Assembly (NCBI GenBank): GCA_965645245.1
Contig: OZ287084.1
Coordinates: forward strand, 1,612,001 to 1,676,000
Direction: 5' to 3'
DNA: 64,000 nt
From: Massalongia carnosa
Lineage: Eukaryota
The position numbers were made by a program, and so were the translations under genes. A model generated the notes under the pieces. The model was not told where the DNA came from. It saw only the letters and a list, made by a program, of their open reading frames with translations, and searched no databases. Positions 1 to 11,611 of the stretch are shown piece by piece (positions within the stretch are counted from its first letter, which is position 1; each line of letters begins with the position of its first letter).

Positions 1-975
1 AAACATTATACCATAGCCAACACCTGGAATAAGATTCGATCTCATCAGTATTTAATGACTGCCAATGAAGACGACGAGACGGATTTGAATCATATTGCTC
101 AGGTGATTTGGGAAGACAGATATCTCAGTCAGATTACTGAGCTTCATGTGGTAGCAGCTTTTGTGCTTCCTCAGAATCATGCTATAAAGGTGATTGGCGT
201 ATCTACGGAGCCGAAATTTGCTCCGCTAATGCATAGATTTTTCAATCAACATCTGACTAGTGCAGAGGCAGCTACTGCCATGAAGCAATGGCTCGCATTT
301 CGCGATCAGGAAGATGGCTTTTATACAAGCTCCGAATGCTTGACGTATCAAATGGATCCGGAGCTGTTTTGGAAATTCAGCAGAAATTTTGCATCAACCC
401 TTAGCAGCTTAGCCAGAAAGGTGATGAAACTTCCTGGTAATTCGGTATTTGCCGAAAGAAGCTGGTCGGTAATGAATCTGATCATAAATAAAACGCGCAA
501 TTCCATGAGCTCGATAAGCGTAGATAAACTCATGTTTATCTACATGAAGGAGCGTACCCTCAACCGACCTGGGGATATCAAAAAGAAGTTACAATTTGCT
601 GGCATCGATATTAACGAAAGCGATCTATGTGAAATGGAAGACAGATTGCTGCAGGATGAAATTGTCATTCAGGAGTCCTTGACGTCATCGAAACGTCCGG
701 CCAGGCAAGAAATAGGAGGTGATTCAGCGAGATCATGGGTTGAATAAGTAGAAATACATACAATTAATTGTATGACGATGACCGGCAAAATTACGTACTT
801 TTTAAGTTTACTATTTGCTGACTTTTCCCCGCTTTTCCCCCTTTCCGCACCTCCCTACCCACCCCCTCCCCCCCTGTAAATAATCCATGAAAGTTTCACT
901 CATGAAGATGACAGTGAAAGTTTCGCCCGATCGGGTTAGGCAAACTTTCAGTGTTCTTTTCAAATCGGAGCCCTA
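1..975 (+). mobile_element. 3' part of a hAT-superfamily DNA transposon (left part outside the window)
   Basis: Contains ORF 55-747 with a hAT dimerisation motif. A candidate right terminus ...CAAATCGGAGCCCTA (reverse complement TAGGGCTCC..., a hAT-like end) finishes near 975. The partner TIR and TSD are not in the window. Confidence 0.65.
55..747 (+). CDS. hAT transposase C-terminal region (partial, probably degenerate)
   Basis: FWK...LSSLARKVMKLPGNSVFAERSWSVMNLIINKTRNSMS...VDKLMFIY matches the hAT C-terminal dimerisation pattern (W...LA..L..P.SS...ER.FS......R..L). Confidence 0.8.
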   Translation: MTANEDDETDLNHIAQVIWEDRYLSQITELHVVAAFVLPQNHAIKVIGVSTEPKFAPLMHRFFNQHLTSAEAATAMKQWLAFRDQEDGFYTSSECLTYQMDPELFWKFSRNFASTLSSLARKVMKLPGNSVFAERSWSVMNLIINKTRNSMSSISVDKLMFIYMKERTLNRPGDIKKKLQFAGIDINESDLCEMEDRLLQDEIVIQESLTSSKRPARQEIGGDSARSWVE

Positions 976-1762
976 GCACGGATACTTGCAGTACTAGCAG
1001 AAACGTCACTCGCGGAAGGTCCCGAGTGATCACATGTACTAGTACGCCGATTAAGTAAATCTGATCTCTAATAGTTTTGTTGAATGGGATCCCCAACTCA
1101 ATTAATCATATCAGATAGATAAAGACGAGTCATACGCCTCAAAGTATCTGCCAAAATATTTCCCGACCAAACAGACTCCTTGCTTGCAAAAAAAATCCTC
1201 AAGGACCCAGATTAGACTGCACGCAACGATAAAGAAAGCGCTACACGCAACGATTAAGAAAGCGGAGAAAGCTTGGTATGTAAATCAAATATTTCATCAG
1301 GAGTTGACCAACCGCAGGAGGTAAAAATCTCACAATAGGACGAGTGCCTGATTGTCTTTGAGATTTGTGATAACCGGTAACGATAATAACTGAATCATCG
1401 TTTATAAAAATATTGCGTGCAGTTTCTCGATTTTATCACTTGATTCTAGTTAAATGGTATATCAGGTATGGAGGAGAGAAGACTGCATGAAGGTGTGTTC
1501 TATTGAGATCTGTCTACAGTACTAGGCCAAAAGTCTGCGGCCCCGCACCCCACCAACATTTCAATCATTCTATTCAATCAACAATCAACCACGTCACGAT
1601 TGCTGAAATGTCTTGAAACTTTACATAATGATTACATACATACTAAAAATGAATTCCCCTAAAAATTGATTTTTAATATTTAGTATACCATCCTTCCGAC
1701 GCTATACACGCTTTTATCCTCCTATTCATGCTCTCTATTTACCTCCTCATCATTTTCACATC

Positions 1763-2210
1763 TGTCAAGGACTGGGCAGGGGATTGAACTAATGTTCCTA
1801 GGAATTGGATTGGGTGATCAAGATGTCTTTATTAATAAGGCTATAGCTAGGTGATGGATTGCTATACAAGACGTCGGACAAGGAGTCAACTATCTAATTA
1901 ACTTGTCCTTCCTTTTATATTTGTCTCGAACCCCTTTGCATGAAGATTCCATCAGTGTTCATCTCCCCCTATTAGGAGACGTACGGCACGAAGGTTTGAC
2001 GAGGTGTTTGACAATAAAAGGTGGAGATGAGGTTCTCCTGTCGTTGGTACGCTTTGATGGTGATGGTACAGCTTTGACCTGAAGCCGTTGAGAGGGGTCT
2101 AAACTCGATTTAGTTAATGAGATTCTGAATAAGCTGAATAGAGGAACGGGAGCTTAGTCAGATTCATCTGCGGGATTGATTCTGGATCGGGTTGGTTCGA
2201 TTTCATGACA
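1763..2210 (-). repeat. Gypsy-A 3' LTR
   Basis: TGTCAAG...CATGACA; one mismatch seen by eye against 10164-10611. Confidence 0.97.
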
Positions 2211-2250
2211 GTAGCTCCCCTTTCAAGAGCTGAGCTCCTGCGAAGCAGTT

Positions 2251-3144
2251 TTATTCATGACAGCGACATCGAGGAATGGAACAGGGGGTGAGATGTGGGC
2301 CGGATGCACCAGGATAGGCTTCGTGGAATTCGTCCAGAGCTTGTTGACAGTTGGTTAGTAGGTGAAATGGCTCCCAGGTGGGGGTATGTCCTTCCCAGTT
2401 GACGAAATACTTGAGAAGCGGAGGTTGATAACGTCTGTCCAGTTTCGAGTTCAGAATGCTGTTGACATACCATTCTCGCTGTCCATCTTCGGCTATTATT
2501 GGGTCGCGAAGCTCGGGAATTTGTCCTGGGAGGGGGTCGTCTGCGTCGTGTTGTAGCAGATTTACATGAAAGACCGGATGAATTTTAACCGTGTCGGGGA
2601 GTTCCAGTTGAACAACAAGAGGGTTGGCGAACACCTTACAGACTCGGTAAGGACCGACATTTCGATCGTCCAGTTTGGCTGCCGGACGGGCTGTCTGGAT
2701 ATTTCGGGTGTTCAGCCATACCATGTCTCCTACAAGATAACGAGGACAGGGACGGCGGTTCTCATTGGCGGAAGATTCGTATGAGGCCTGCGCGATCAAC
2801 ATCTCTTCTCGTAGGTGAGTGTCTACGTCTCGCATCTTGTCTACGAATCGATTGGCGGCGATCAGGTTAGCGATTCCCTGGGCGGTCAGGTCTTGCGGAA
2901 GGGGCTCTTCGGGTTCGAATCCTACCCTGGGGTGTTGTCCATAATTAGCCAGGAAGGGAGAGGCGAGAATGCTGGAGGAGTCGGTGTTATTGCTGGAGAA
3001 TTCGGCACCGGGTAAGTACTGGGCCCAGTCATCTTGCATGTAATTGACGTATGCCCGAAGATAGTGTTCCATGGTTGCATTAGCCCTCTCGGTTTGGCCA
3101 TCTGTCTCGGGATGAAAACTGGTTGATAGCCTAGCATCAATTCT
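2251..3144 (-). pseudogene. pol: Gypsy-A pol C-terminal piece (integrase end, GPY/F module, chromodomain)
   Basis: YLRAYVNYMQDDW, GPYRV, HPVFHVNLL and a chromodomain WYVNSILNSK...YFVNWEGHTPTWEP. Separated from the rest of pol by the 3145-5409 insertion. Confidence 0.92.
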
Positions 3145-3460
3145 TGTAGAAGTATGAGGTTATATATTTTTGTTATATTGATGATTCTATGACTCTACTT
3201 CTAAGGTCTGAAATCCTCCTAGTCCAGGATGCGTGCCGCATACCGGAATAGGTCTACTGTTACACGTGACCATAATAATGTCTAGCGCCATAGGTTGGTA
3301 TCCAACACCCCCCCACAAGCTATGCGCTAGTTACGTAAGAATCGCCCACGCTAACGAATCGATTTTTATCTCGTTTTTTCTGGAAGAATCAGCAGCTGTT
3401 GGTTGCATCGGTTCATTGGTAGGTTGTGGCTCCAGGTAGTGTGGCTGTGCTGATTTGGCT

Positions 3461-4402
3461 CTAGGTCATCTGCATCTGTTCGACAAAGGTGTGGAACTTT
3501 GCGTGCGTTAGGGCCTTCGTCAGGCCGTCGGCGATCATCTCCCCAGTTGGCACGTAGGTCAACTCGATTCTCTTTGCCTCCACCTCGTCTCGGATGTAAT
3601 GGTGCTGGATATCGATGTGTTTGGTCCTGGCATGGAATACTGGGTTGTGTGCCAGAGCAAGAGATCCTTGGTTGTCACCTTTGAGTGAAACAGTGGGGTC
3701 TCCGTCGCTGGGCTTGAGGCTGTTGAGGTCTCTGTCGATCGCTTGTACGCACGAGTTCTTGTTGGAGACCTTGATCTCAGCATGCTGTTGGTCCGCTTCC
3801 AACACCCCAAGCTCTGTGAGGAGTAGACGAAGCCAGGTGGCTTCTTTGGCGGCCAGCGTGAGTGCGATGTATTCCGCTTCTGTGGAAGAGAGAGCAACTG
3901 TTAATTGCCTTTTAGAGCACCAGCTTATCGGTCCCCCGTTCAGCATAAAGATGAAACCGGATGTTGACTTCCGGCTGTCCTTGTCACCTGCCCAATCCGA
4001 GTCCGAATAGCCTTCGATTTTCAGTTCTTCATCCCCCCCATAGGTTATGCCTCGATGTTTCGAGCCCTTGAGGTATTTGAGGATGGTTTTGACTGCTTCG
4101 GTGTGCTGATGGCTCGGGTTCTTGGCAAAGCGACTTACGAGGGACGTGGCGAAGGCAATATCTGGTCTGGTCTCTACCATGGAGAACATTATGGACCCCG
4201 TCATTTCGGTGGGTTTGAAGCCCATGGCTATGATGTCCGATCTGACGGACTCCTTCGTTGGCTCTGGCTTTCCGGTGACTGCCCAGGCGCAGTTCTTCTG
4301 CTTGAGCTCTCCCAGAATGTAGGATCGCCATAATGTATAGTTCTCGGAGCCTTGGAGAATGATGCGGGGAGCCTTCTCCTGCTCTTCTCGTCGGTCTGAC
4401 AT
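3461..4402 (-). CDS. In-frame fusion of Copia Gag N-terminus to RT C-terminus/RNase H (313 aa)
   Basis: ATG at 4402 (MSDRREE...LQGSENYTLW..., Copia Gag-N like) runs directly into GSIMFSMVETRPDIAF, YSDSDWAGD, SSTEAEY, GDNQ, TKHIDIQHH, ADGLTK. Confidence 0.85.
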   Translation of the reverse strand: MSDRREEQEKAPRIILQGSENYTLWRSYILGELKQKNCAWAVTGKPEPTKESVRSDIIAMGFKPTEMTGSIMFSMVETRPDIAFATSLVSRFAKNPSHQHTEAVKTILKYLKGSKHRGITYGGDEELKIEGYSDSDWAGDKDSRKSTSGFIFMLNGGPISWCSKRQLTVALSSTEAEYIALTLAAKEATWLRLLLTELGVLEADQQHAEIKVSNKNSCVQAIDRDLNSLKPSDGDPTVSLKGDNQGSLALAHNPVFHARTKHIDIQHHYIRDEVEAKRIELTYVPTGEMIADGLTKALTHAKFHTFVEQMQMT

Positions 4403-4477
4403 TTTGTGGTTTTTTGGGCGAAGAGTTCTCAACGCCTTTGGGTTGTAGGAAGGTGGGTTGCCTTGTAGCTGTTGTGG

Positions 4478-4990
4478 TATGCGAGCGTCTTCGCTTCGTA
4501 ACCTTTGGTATATGAGCAAGTTCTCCGCCTCGTAGCCTTCGGTATGTGAGCGTTCTGCTTCGTATGAGCGTCTTCGCCTCGTAGCCGTCTGGTATGTGAG
4601 CGTCTTCGCTTCGTAACCTTTGGTATATGAGCAAGTTCTCCGCCTCGTAGCCTTCGGTATGTGAGCGTTCTGCTTCGTATGAGCGTCTTCGCCTCGTAGC
4701 CGTCTGGTATGTGAGCGTCTTCGCTTCGTAACCTTTGGTATATGAGCAAGTTCTCCGCCTCGTAGCCTTCGGTATGTGAGCGTTCTGCTTCGTATGAGCG
4801 TCTTCGCCTCGTAGCCGTCTGGTATGTGAGCGTCTTCGCTTCGTAACCTTTGGTATATGAGCAAGTTCTCCGCCTCGTAGCCTTCGGTATGTGAGCGTTC
4901 TGCTTCGTATGAGCGTCTTCGCCTCGTAGCCGTCTGGTATGTGAGCGTTTGCCTCGTAGCCTTTGGTATATGAGCGTTCTACTTCGTATC
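4478..4990. repeat. Tandem array, 115-bp period, about 4.3 copies, built from 20-30 bp sub-repeats
   Basis: TATGAGCAAGTTCTCCGCCTCG recurs at 4511, 4626, 4741 and 4856. Confidence 0.95.
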
Positions 4991-5234
4991 CTTTCAGTAC
5001 GTGGGCGTAGCACTCTTCCTATCTATTGTGGTAGGTGGTCAGGCGCATTGGCTTGATTCCACACCGCCATTTCAGAATTGGCTCCTTTTGGTAGCCAAGT
5101 GGTCTTAACCCTCCCGCCTCACACCATTCCTCCTTTTCGGGTAGGAAGTTCTTCGTTCTAGGTGCTTTGCTCTGGGGGGTGTGGGGTATTTGTGGCCTGT
5201 CGCTAGCGAAGATTAATGAGCTTATGCGCTGGCC

Positions 5235-5246
5235 GGGCTCATAACC
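5235..5246 (-). other. Primer-binding site GGTTATGAGCCC (initiator tRNA-Met half-molecule type)
   Basis: Immediately inside the 5' LTR; complementary to the tRNAiMet anticodon arm, as in copia/Ty5-type priming. Confidence 0.85.
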
Positions 5247-5414
5247 TGTAGAAGTATGAGGTTATTCATTGTTGTTATATTAATGATTCTATGACTCTAC
5301 TTCTAAGGTCTGAAATCCTCCTAGTCCAGGATGCGTGCCGCATACCGGAATAGGTCTACTGTTACACGTGACCATAATAATGTCTAGCGCCATAGGTTGG
5401 TATCCAACAATTCT

Positions 5415-8400
5415 AAGCCGTTTACACATGATGTCCCAGAAATCGGAGGTGAATTGGGTGCCTCGATCCGAAATCAAGGCGTCTGGGAGACCGTGTAATT
5501 TCCATACATTTTGGTAGAAGGAGTTAGCAGCCTCTTCTACCTCCATGGAGGTGGTGGGGACGAAATGTCGCATCTTGGAAAGGCGATCGATGAAGACGAG
5601 GATATAACGATAGGTTATACCCATGAAGGTGCTCGGAGGCAGCGGACCTACGTAGTCCATGGAAACGTTACGCCATCGACGTTCGGGTGGGGACAGAGGG
5701 CGTAGCCATCCTTGGTATCGTTGGCGGGATGGTTTGGATCGTCTACAGGTGTGACAGTTACGAATGAATCGTTTGACGGTTTGATGCATACTGGGCCACC
5801 AGTATGATCGATTCATTAGTTCGTAGCATTTGGAACGACCGGGATGGCCACCTGCTACGCTGTCGTGTGCCTGTTGAATGAGACGGAGACGGAGCCGATC
5901 CGAATTTGGTACGTATCGACGGTTTCGAAAATAAAGAATCCCTTCTTTATCTTCACATTCGGCTAGCTGAATGCCGTTATGATATCTGACATTATTGCGA
6001 AGCATGTCTAGAACTTTCAGAGAGAATTGATCCTGTTCCAGAGCTTGTTCCCATAACAGCTGAGTTGGGACGTCGGTCGGGTCTTGGCCAGGATTGGTTT
6101 GGTCGGCAGGCTGATCCAGCTGTGGTTCAGGTTCAATGAACTCGTGATCATGTCCAACGGACTCGGGATCCTGTTCGATGAACGCGGGGGCTAGGATAAT
6201 CGTGGATAAGAAACATTTCGCCACTTCGTCGTCCAGGTTATGAGTTTTCAGGATGGTTTGATGCTGATGTTTATGTCTTTCATCTGTTTCATCCCCCTCT
6301 TTAGGGAGGTCTCCTGAGCGACGAGTCAGTGCATCTGGTTTTCCACCAGCTTTTCCGGGTCGATAGACTATTTTAAAGTCAAATCGGGATAAGAATTCGG
6401 ACCAGCGAGCTTGACGACGACTGAGTTGTTTGGTTGAAGCGAAGTATTCCAAATTCTTATGATCTGAGATAACGCTGATGGGGTGAGCAGAACCTTCCAA
6501 TTCCGGTCTCCATTCTTCGAAGCATCGGACGATGGCCATGAGTTCCTTGTCATAGATCTCATAATTGCATTCGGCCGGGTTGTGTTTCTTGGAGAAGTAT
6601 GCGATAGGGCGAAGCACGTTCTCGTTGTCATACTGAGAAAGGATACCACCAGAGACGTAGTCCGAAGCATCGGTTTCCACGATGATAGGACGATCGGGAT
6701 CGAAATGCATCAGTATTAGTTCCGAGGTGAAAGCTTTTTTTAGAGTTTCGAATGCCTGTTGACATTTGTCAGTCCATTGAAAGCTGACCTCCTTTTTGGT
6801 TAGATTCGTCAGTGGGCCGGCTATCTTACTAAAGCCGTATACGAATCGTCTATAGAAGTTAGCAAATCCCAGAAAGCTTTGTACATCTTTCATATTGATC
6901 GGTATTGGCCAATGAGTTACTGTTTCGATTTTAGCGGGGTCCATTTTGATTCCCTCGGTGGTTACGATTAGTCCGAGATAGGCAACTTCTGTGACATGAA
7001 ATTTGCATTTGGTGATGTCTACTTGCAGCCCGGCTTCTCTCAGCTTGATGAGGATACGTTTGACGTGGATTTCATGCTCGCCTTCAATTTCGCTGTAGAT
7101 GAGAATGTCATCTAGATAGGCCGTGCAAAAGTCGTCGAGATACTCTCGAAGAGTATCATTGATGAAGTGTTGAAAGGAGGCGGGGCCGTTACAGAGGCCG
7201 AATGGTAGGACCAGGGATTCGAAGAGGCCAAAACGGGTTCTGAATGCGGTGAGTTCTTCATCTCCTTCCTTGATGCGGAGCCGATTGAACGCTGAAATAA
7301 TGTCCAGCTTGGTGAATATCTTAGCCCGACTCAGGCGATTCAGGGTTTCGGTGATCAGGGGAAGCGGATACCGATTCTTAATCGTGATGGCATTGAGGCC
7401 TCGATAGTCGACACAGAAGCGAAGTCCTCCTCCTGGCTTCTTTACGAACATGACTGGGGAGGCAGCGGGGGATTTACTAGCTCGGATGAAGCCTTTCGAC
7501 AGGTTCTCATCAAGGTAGCGTCGGAGTTCTTCGATTTCGGTTCGACTCATGCCATAAAGAGCTTGATTCGGGATTGGAGAGCCTTCTTTTAGCTTTATGG
7601 CATGGTCGTAGGGTCGGTGTTCGGGCAGGACGTCCGATTCTTTTTTGGAGAAGACATCCAGAAAGTCGTGATACTGTTTGGGTAGAAGGGGGGCTGGGTC
7701 GACGTTCTTTCGCTCACGATAAGCGTTCAGTTCTTCGGCGGTCACTGATGATTGCAGTGTCAAGGGTTGAGGTTCGGGTTCGGTCACTGAACATAACTGT
7801 GTCAGAGCCTGGTTCATACGGAACAGGGCTAAGTGATATTTCTTTTCACTAGGGCTGGACCGGGGGTTGGGTTGGTAGGTTGGTTTCGAGTGTGCCCAGT
7901 CAGTCTCTTGACGAAGGCGAGATTCGGGTTTGGGTTCAGGCTTAGGTTCAGGTTGAGTCAGGCCGAGAAAGTGATCGATTTCTTTCAAGGAGAGAGCAAA
8001 CATCTCGTGACTCTTTTTTCGTCCGAGATAGTTGAAGTTGAGGGCGCCGATTTCACAGACGTCCAAAACAGGAGGATTGCGATTCTGCTGGGCAGCATGT
8101 CGCTGAGTGGAGGTGCGATACGAAGAGGGACTTCGATATCGGATTTTCGGTGAGTCGCCCTGTTCAATCGCTTTTTCGATACGACTGATGTCCTGATTTT
8201 CGAGAGAAGTTGTCTTACTATCGCGCGGCGTGGTTTTATCGGACAGGACAGGTTTTTCGGACAGGATTTGACTATTGGACGAGTAGTTTTCCGATTCCCA
8301 TACTTCCTGACTTTCCGCAGGAGATAGGAATTTCTCGCCCGTGTAGGCCTTCACCTTGACTGGATGAGGGCTACAATGAGCCAGGCAGAAAGAGGAAGAC

Positions 8401-8912
8401 AGGGAGAGAGAGTTGGACTCGAAATCAGCGAGAGCTTGATGTCGTCGCAACCACGGGTGTCCCAGGACGATGGGGTAGGTTTTCAGTCCTGTTACGAAAA
8501 GGAATAATCTTTCTACATGTCCGTTTAAGTCCATGATTACCTCGGCCACATGAGTGATATTTCCAGTCAGAGCCGGCTGACCGTCGAAGCCTTCAAGGCG
8601 TCGGGCGTATTTGAGGGGATGAAGGGGGATTTGGTGAGTTTGCGCAAACTTCTTGTCAATGAATGCATAGCCAGATGCACCACAATCAATCAGATTGAGA
8701 GCTTGAATTCGAGATCTACCTAAACGTAAGATACATGATACCACTAGGTGGCTATCTCGAAACGCTTCTTCGGTTTCAAACAGCTCCAAAGCGGAGGCTG
8801 CGGAAAAACGAGTGTTTGATTGAAGGGGGGGAGAAAACGAGTTGGCTAACAGACAAGAAGAAATTAAAATAGGGCTCTGCGCGCGACGATGCGCAGAGTC
8901 TAGACGTTTCCC
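5415..8912 (-). CDS. pol: Gypsy-A pol (protease, RT, RNase H, integrase N-terminus/core), truncated by the insertion
   Basis: LIDCGA, CVDYRGLN, YLDDILIYS, ETDASD, YDKELMA, HPG..C..C. Open in the -1 frame from the slippery site at 8906-8912. Confidence 0.95.
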
Positions 8913-10093
8913 GAGTCGTCAGTCTCGGGAGTGAGGGTCGAGACGACTTCCATGTTGCGAAGGCGTTTGGTAGGCTTATTTGGACAGTCGGATGCCGACC
9001 CGAGGTGTTGCAATTTGCAATAGAAGCACAGGTTCCAATTCTCGCAGATCTTCCTTACTCCCTCGGTTTTCAACGACTGACCTTTGACAGCCGCCATGGC
9101 CTGACTTAGGTCCATGGGGTCTCCAGCTGGGGGGAAGGCGGGGGTTGGGATCAATGGGGTGACCGTGCCCGTGACGACAGTGCGGGGGAAAGGGGCAGCA
9201 GGAAGGTTGGTGCCGTTTCTTCGATTGGCGGGAGCTGATGTGGCCGGAGTCGTGGCCTTGGGTGCCAGATGACGGATCTGACGGATTTTCCGGTCCGTGC
9301 TTAACCACATTGCGACGTGCTCGTCGAAGGTGATTGGCTCCAGATTGGTGCCGGGGACTCGGTAGTGGACGGCCGCGGTTTGAACGGAGTAGTTGATGTT
9401 TGCCTTCATGGCATCAATCAACGAAGCGTCTTCCATTCTGGATCGGTCTTTTTTCTGAGAGAAGAGAGTGTTGTACTCTTCGAAACTCAGAGAGCCCTGC
9501 TTGAGGGTTTCTCGAAGGTACTTACGGGCATCCTCTTGTTCGAAGGGGTTGCCGCAGGCTAGGCGAAGAGCAGAACGCCATTCGGAGAAGGTGGTGAGTC
9601 TACAAATGCCATCCACTCGATACGCATTCATAAGGTTGTGAGCTCGTTTCCCGATGGTGAGCCGGTTCTCCGCGTATGCAATCTTGGAGGCATCGGTGGA
9701 GTATCGATCATGATTAACGTGCATCCGTTGAATCAGGCTCTGTTCCCAGGAGTCCAACTTGGCTTCATCTCCATCGTACTCGGAGATGTCGGGAAGTTTT
9801 TCGGAACGAAGATCGGTTTTGGACTCGGAATTCCGGGTCAAAAGGAGCTGCAGGAGGGCAGCTATCTGAGGGTCCATTGCCGGAACGGACGAGGGAGACG
9901 AGGTTGATGCTGGAGTGGGTATAGGGGGGTCGGGAGCTGGGGCGGCCTGCAACCGGGCCACCTCGTCTTGAAGTCGTCGTATTTCCGCGACGAATACTTC
10001 AGGATTGGTTTGGAACTGGTTTTGAAACAACTTCACGTTCTCGTCGATGAGAGGATTTTGGGGGACGGTCATCTCTTCTGAAGACGAAGACAT
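8900..10093 (-). CDS. gag: Gypsy-A Gag (397 aa)
   Basis: Follows the 5' LTR; KLPD..YDGD, DPMDL and knuckle CFYCKLQHLGSASDCP. Confidence 0.93.
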   Translation of the reverse strand: MSSSSEEMTVPQNPLIDENVKLFQNQFQTNPEVFVAEIRRLQDEVARLQAAPAPDPPIPTPASTSSPSSVPAMDPQIAALLQLLLTRNSESKTDLRSEKLPDISEYDGDEAKLDSWEQSLIQRMHVNHDRYSTDASKIAYAENRLTIGKRAHNLMNAYRVDGICRLTTFSEWRSALRLACGNPFEQEDARKYLRETLKQGSLSFEEYNTLFSQKKDRSRMEDASLIDAMKANINYSVQTAAVHYRVPGTNLEPITFDEHVAMWLSTDRKIRQIRHLAPKATTPATSAPANRRNGTNLPAAPFPRTVVTGTVTPLIPTPAFPPAGDPMDLSQAMAAVKGQSLKTEGVRKICENWNLCFYCKLQHLGSASDCPNKPTKRLRNMEVVSTLTPETDDSGNV

Positions 10094-10163
10094 GATGGTG
10101 GAATATGAGGGGGGACAGGGGCTAGTGCTATGAAAGGCACCTTTCGATGTAGGTCCGACGTAA

Positions 10164-10611
10164 TGTCAAGGACTGGGCAGGGGATTGAACTAATGTTCCT
10201 AGGAATTGGATTGGGTGATCAAGATGTCTTTATTAATAAGGCTATAGCTAGGTGATGGATTGCTATACAAGACGTCGGACAAGGAGTCAACTATCTAATT
10301 AACTTGTCCTTCCTTTTATATTTGTCTCGAACCCCTTTGCATGAAGATTCCATCAGTGTTCATCTCCCCCTATTAGGAGACGTACGGCACGAAGGTTTGA
10401 CGAGGTGTTTGACGATAAAAGGTGGAGATGAGGTTCTCCTGTCGTTGGTACGCTTTGATGGTGATGGTACAGCTTTGACCTGAAGCCGTTGAGAGGGGTC
10501 TAAACTCGATTTAGTTAATGAGATTCTGAATAAGCTGAATAGAGGAACGGGAGCTTAGTCAGATTCATCTGCGGGATTGATTCTGGATCGGGTTGGTTCG
10601 ATTTCATGACA
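10164..10611 (-). repeat. Gypsy-A 5' LTR
   Basis: 448 bp, near identical to 1763-2210 and to the reverse complement of 29738-30185. Confidence 0.97.
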
Positions 10612-10616
10612 ACATC

Positions 10617-11611
10617 TATCAACGTCCAGGCTTCTTCTAACGCTTTCCAAAGTACCTCACGAACAGTTTCATCACTGCCGCTCACCAAATCTATGTTCGG
10701 GTTGACTTGATAGACGAGCTTTTTGAGCATATACCAAACGTGCTCGATGGGATATAAATCAGGTGAATAGGGGGGCCAATCGATGACCTCTATGCCGTTC
10801 TCATTGAACCATTCCATCACCTTTTTAGCCTTATGTATAGGTGCGTTATTCTGCATGAAAATGAGGCCCGGTTGCCAAATTCCAAGCAGATAATCGTTCA
10901 ATAATTCTATATATGAGTTCGCCGAGTACCCCATCTTCTTCGCAGCAAAATCACGAGCCAATTTGTAAAGATCTGACCTGTTATCTCCCCAAAAAGCTGC
11001 CCAGACCATGACACTGACTCCTTTGCCTTTGGGGATAGGTTGTATCATCTCTTTATTCCATTTTTCTTTCGGCAATCTGAACACCCACTGACGCTGTTTT
11101 CTTGACCCTTTTCCACCGAGCACTCATCTGACCATATAACTCTTGACTACTGCTCAAAAGTCTACTCACGCCGCAGCAAGCACCAATCCAATCGTTTCTT
11201 GGCCACCTCAGGCGTCAATAAAGGTCGTTTTTTAGCCACCTAGTTGGTTAAACCATACAGTTTGAGTGCCTGATGAATGGTCGTAGGACTGCAGCCGAGC
11301 CCCACTTCTAGTTTGATTTGTGCATAAGTGATTCGTGGATTGATTCGTGCATGCTTGATGATATAACGTCGATCGCGTTCTGACAGCACTTCAGGCCGTC
11401 CAGAACGTGATTTAGACACGCCGTCGTTGCGAATTGAGTGCTTCTGAATGGTGCTCTGCACGGTCGATTTAGTGAAATTAAGAGTCTCCCCAATCTCGGT
11501 CGGTGTGTGCCCCAACGCCTGGGCCCCAACAATCATACCACGTTGATATGGCGTCAATTCAGTGTTACGAGGCCGATTACCATTTATGGGGGTCAAAGAA
11601 GCACGAAGCAT
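10617..11611 (-). pseudogene. Tc1-family transposase (HTH plus DDE), disrupted
   Basis: ELTPYQRGMI, RSGRPEVLSERDRR, VMVWAAF, FMQNNAPIH, WPPYSPDLYPIEHVW. Stop or frameshift at 11124-11240. Confidence 0.92.

Larger units (their letters stand above)
3145..5409 (-). mobile_element. Non-autonomous 2.3-kb mini-Copia (internally deleted Ty1/Copia)
   Basis: 163-bp LTRs at 3145-3307 and 5247-5409 (TGTAGA..CCAACA), TSD ATTCT (3140-3144, 5410-5414), PBS at 5235-5246, G-rich PPT next to 3308. Confidence 0.95.
1763..10611 (-). mobile_element. Gypsy-A: full-length chromodomain-bearing Ty3/Gypsy LTR retrotransposon, interrupted by a mini-Copia
   Basis: Two 448-bp TG..CA LTRs, 5-bp TSD ACATC (1758-1762, 10612-10616), polypurine tract next to 2211, and gag plus PR-RT-RH-IN-chromodomain in Gypsy order. 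Confidence 0.97.

Noticed and set aside
1220..1266. 24-bp tandem duplication
   Set aside because: Only two copies and no context suggesting function.
4478..4990. CRISPR-like array
   Set aside because: The whole 115-bp unit repeats, there are no unique spacers or cas genes, and it lies inside a retrotransposon.
4029..5013. Repeat-derived ORFs 4029-4634, 4429-5013 and the N-terminal extension of 3461-4864
   Set aside because: They are frame-cycling translations of the tandem array; the plausible start is the ATG at 4402.
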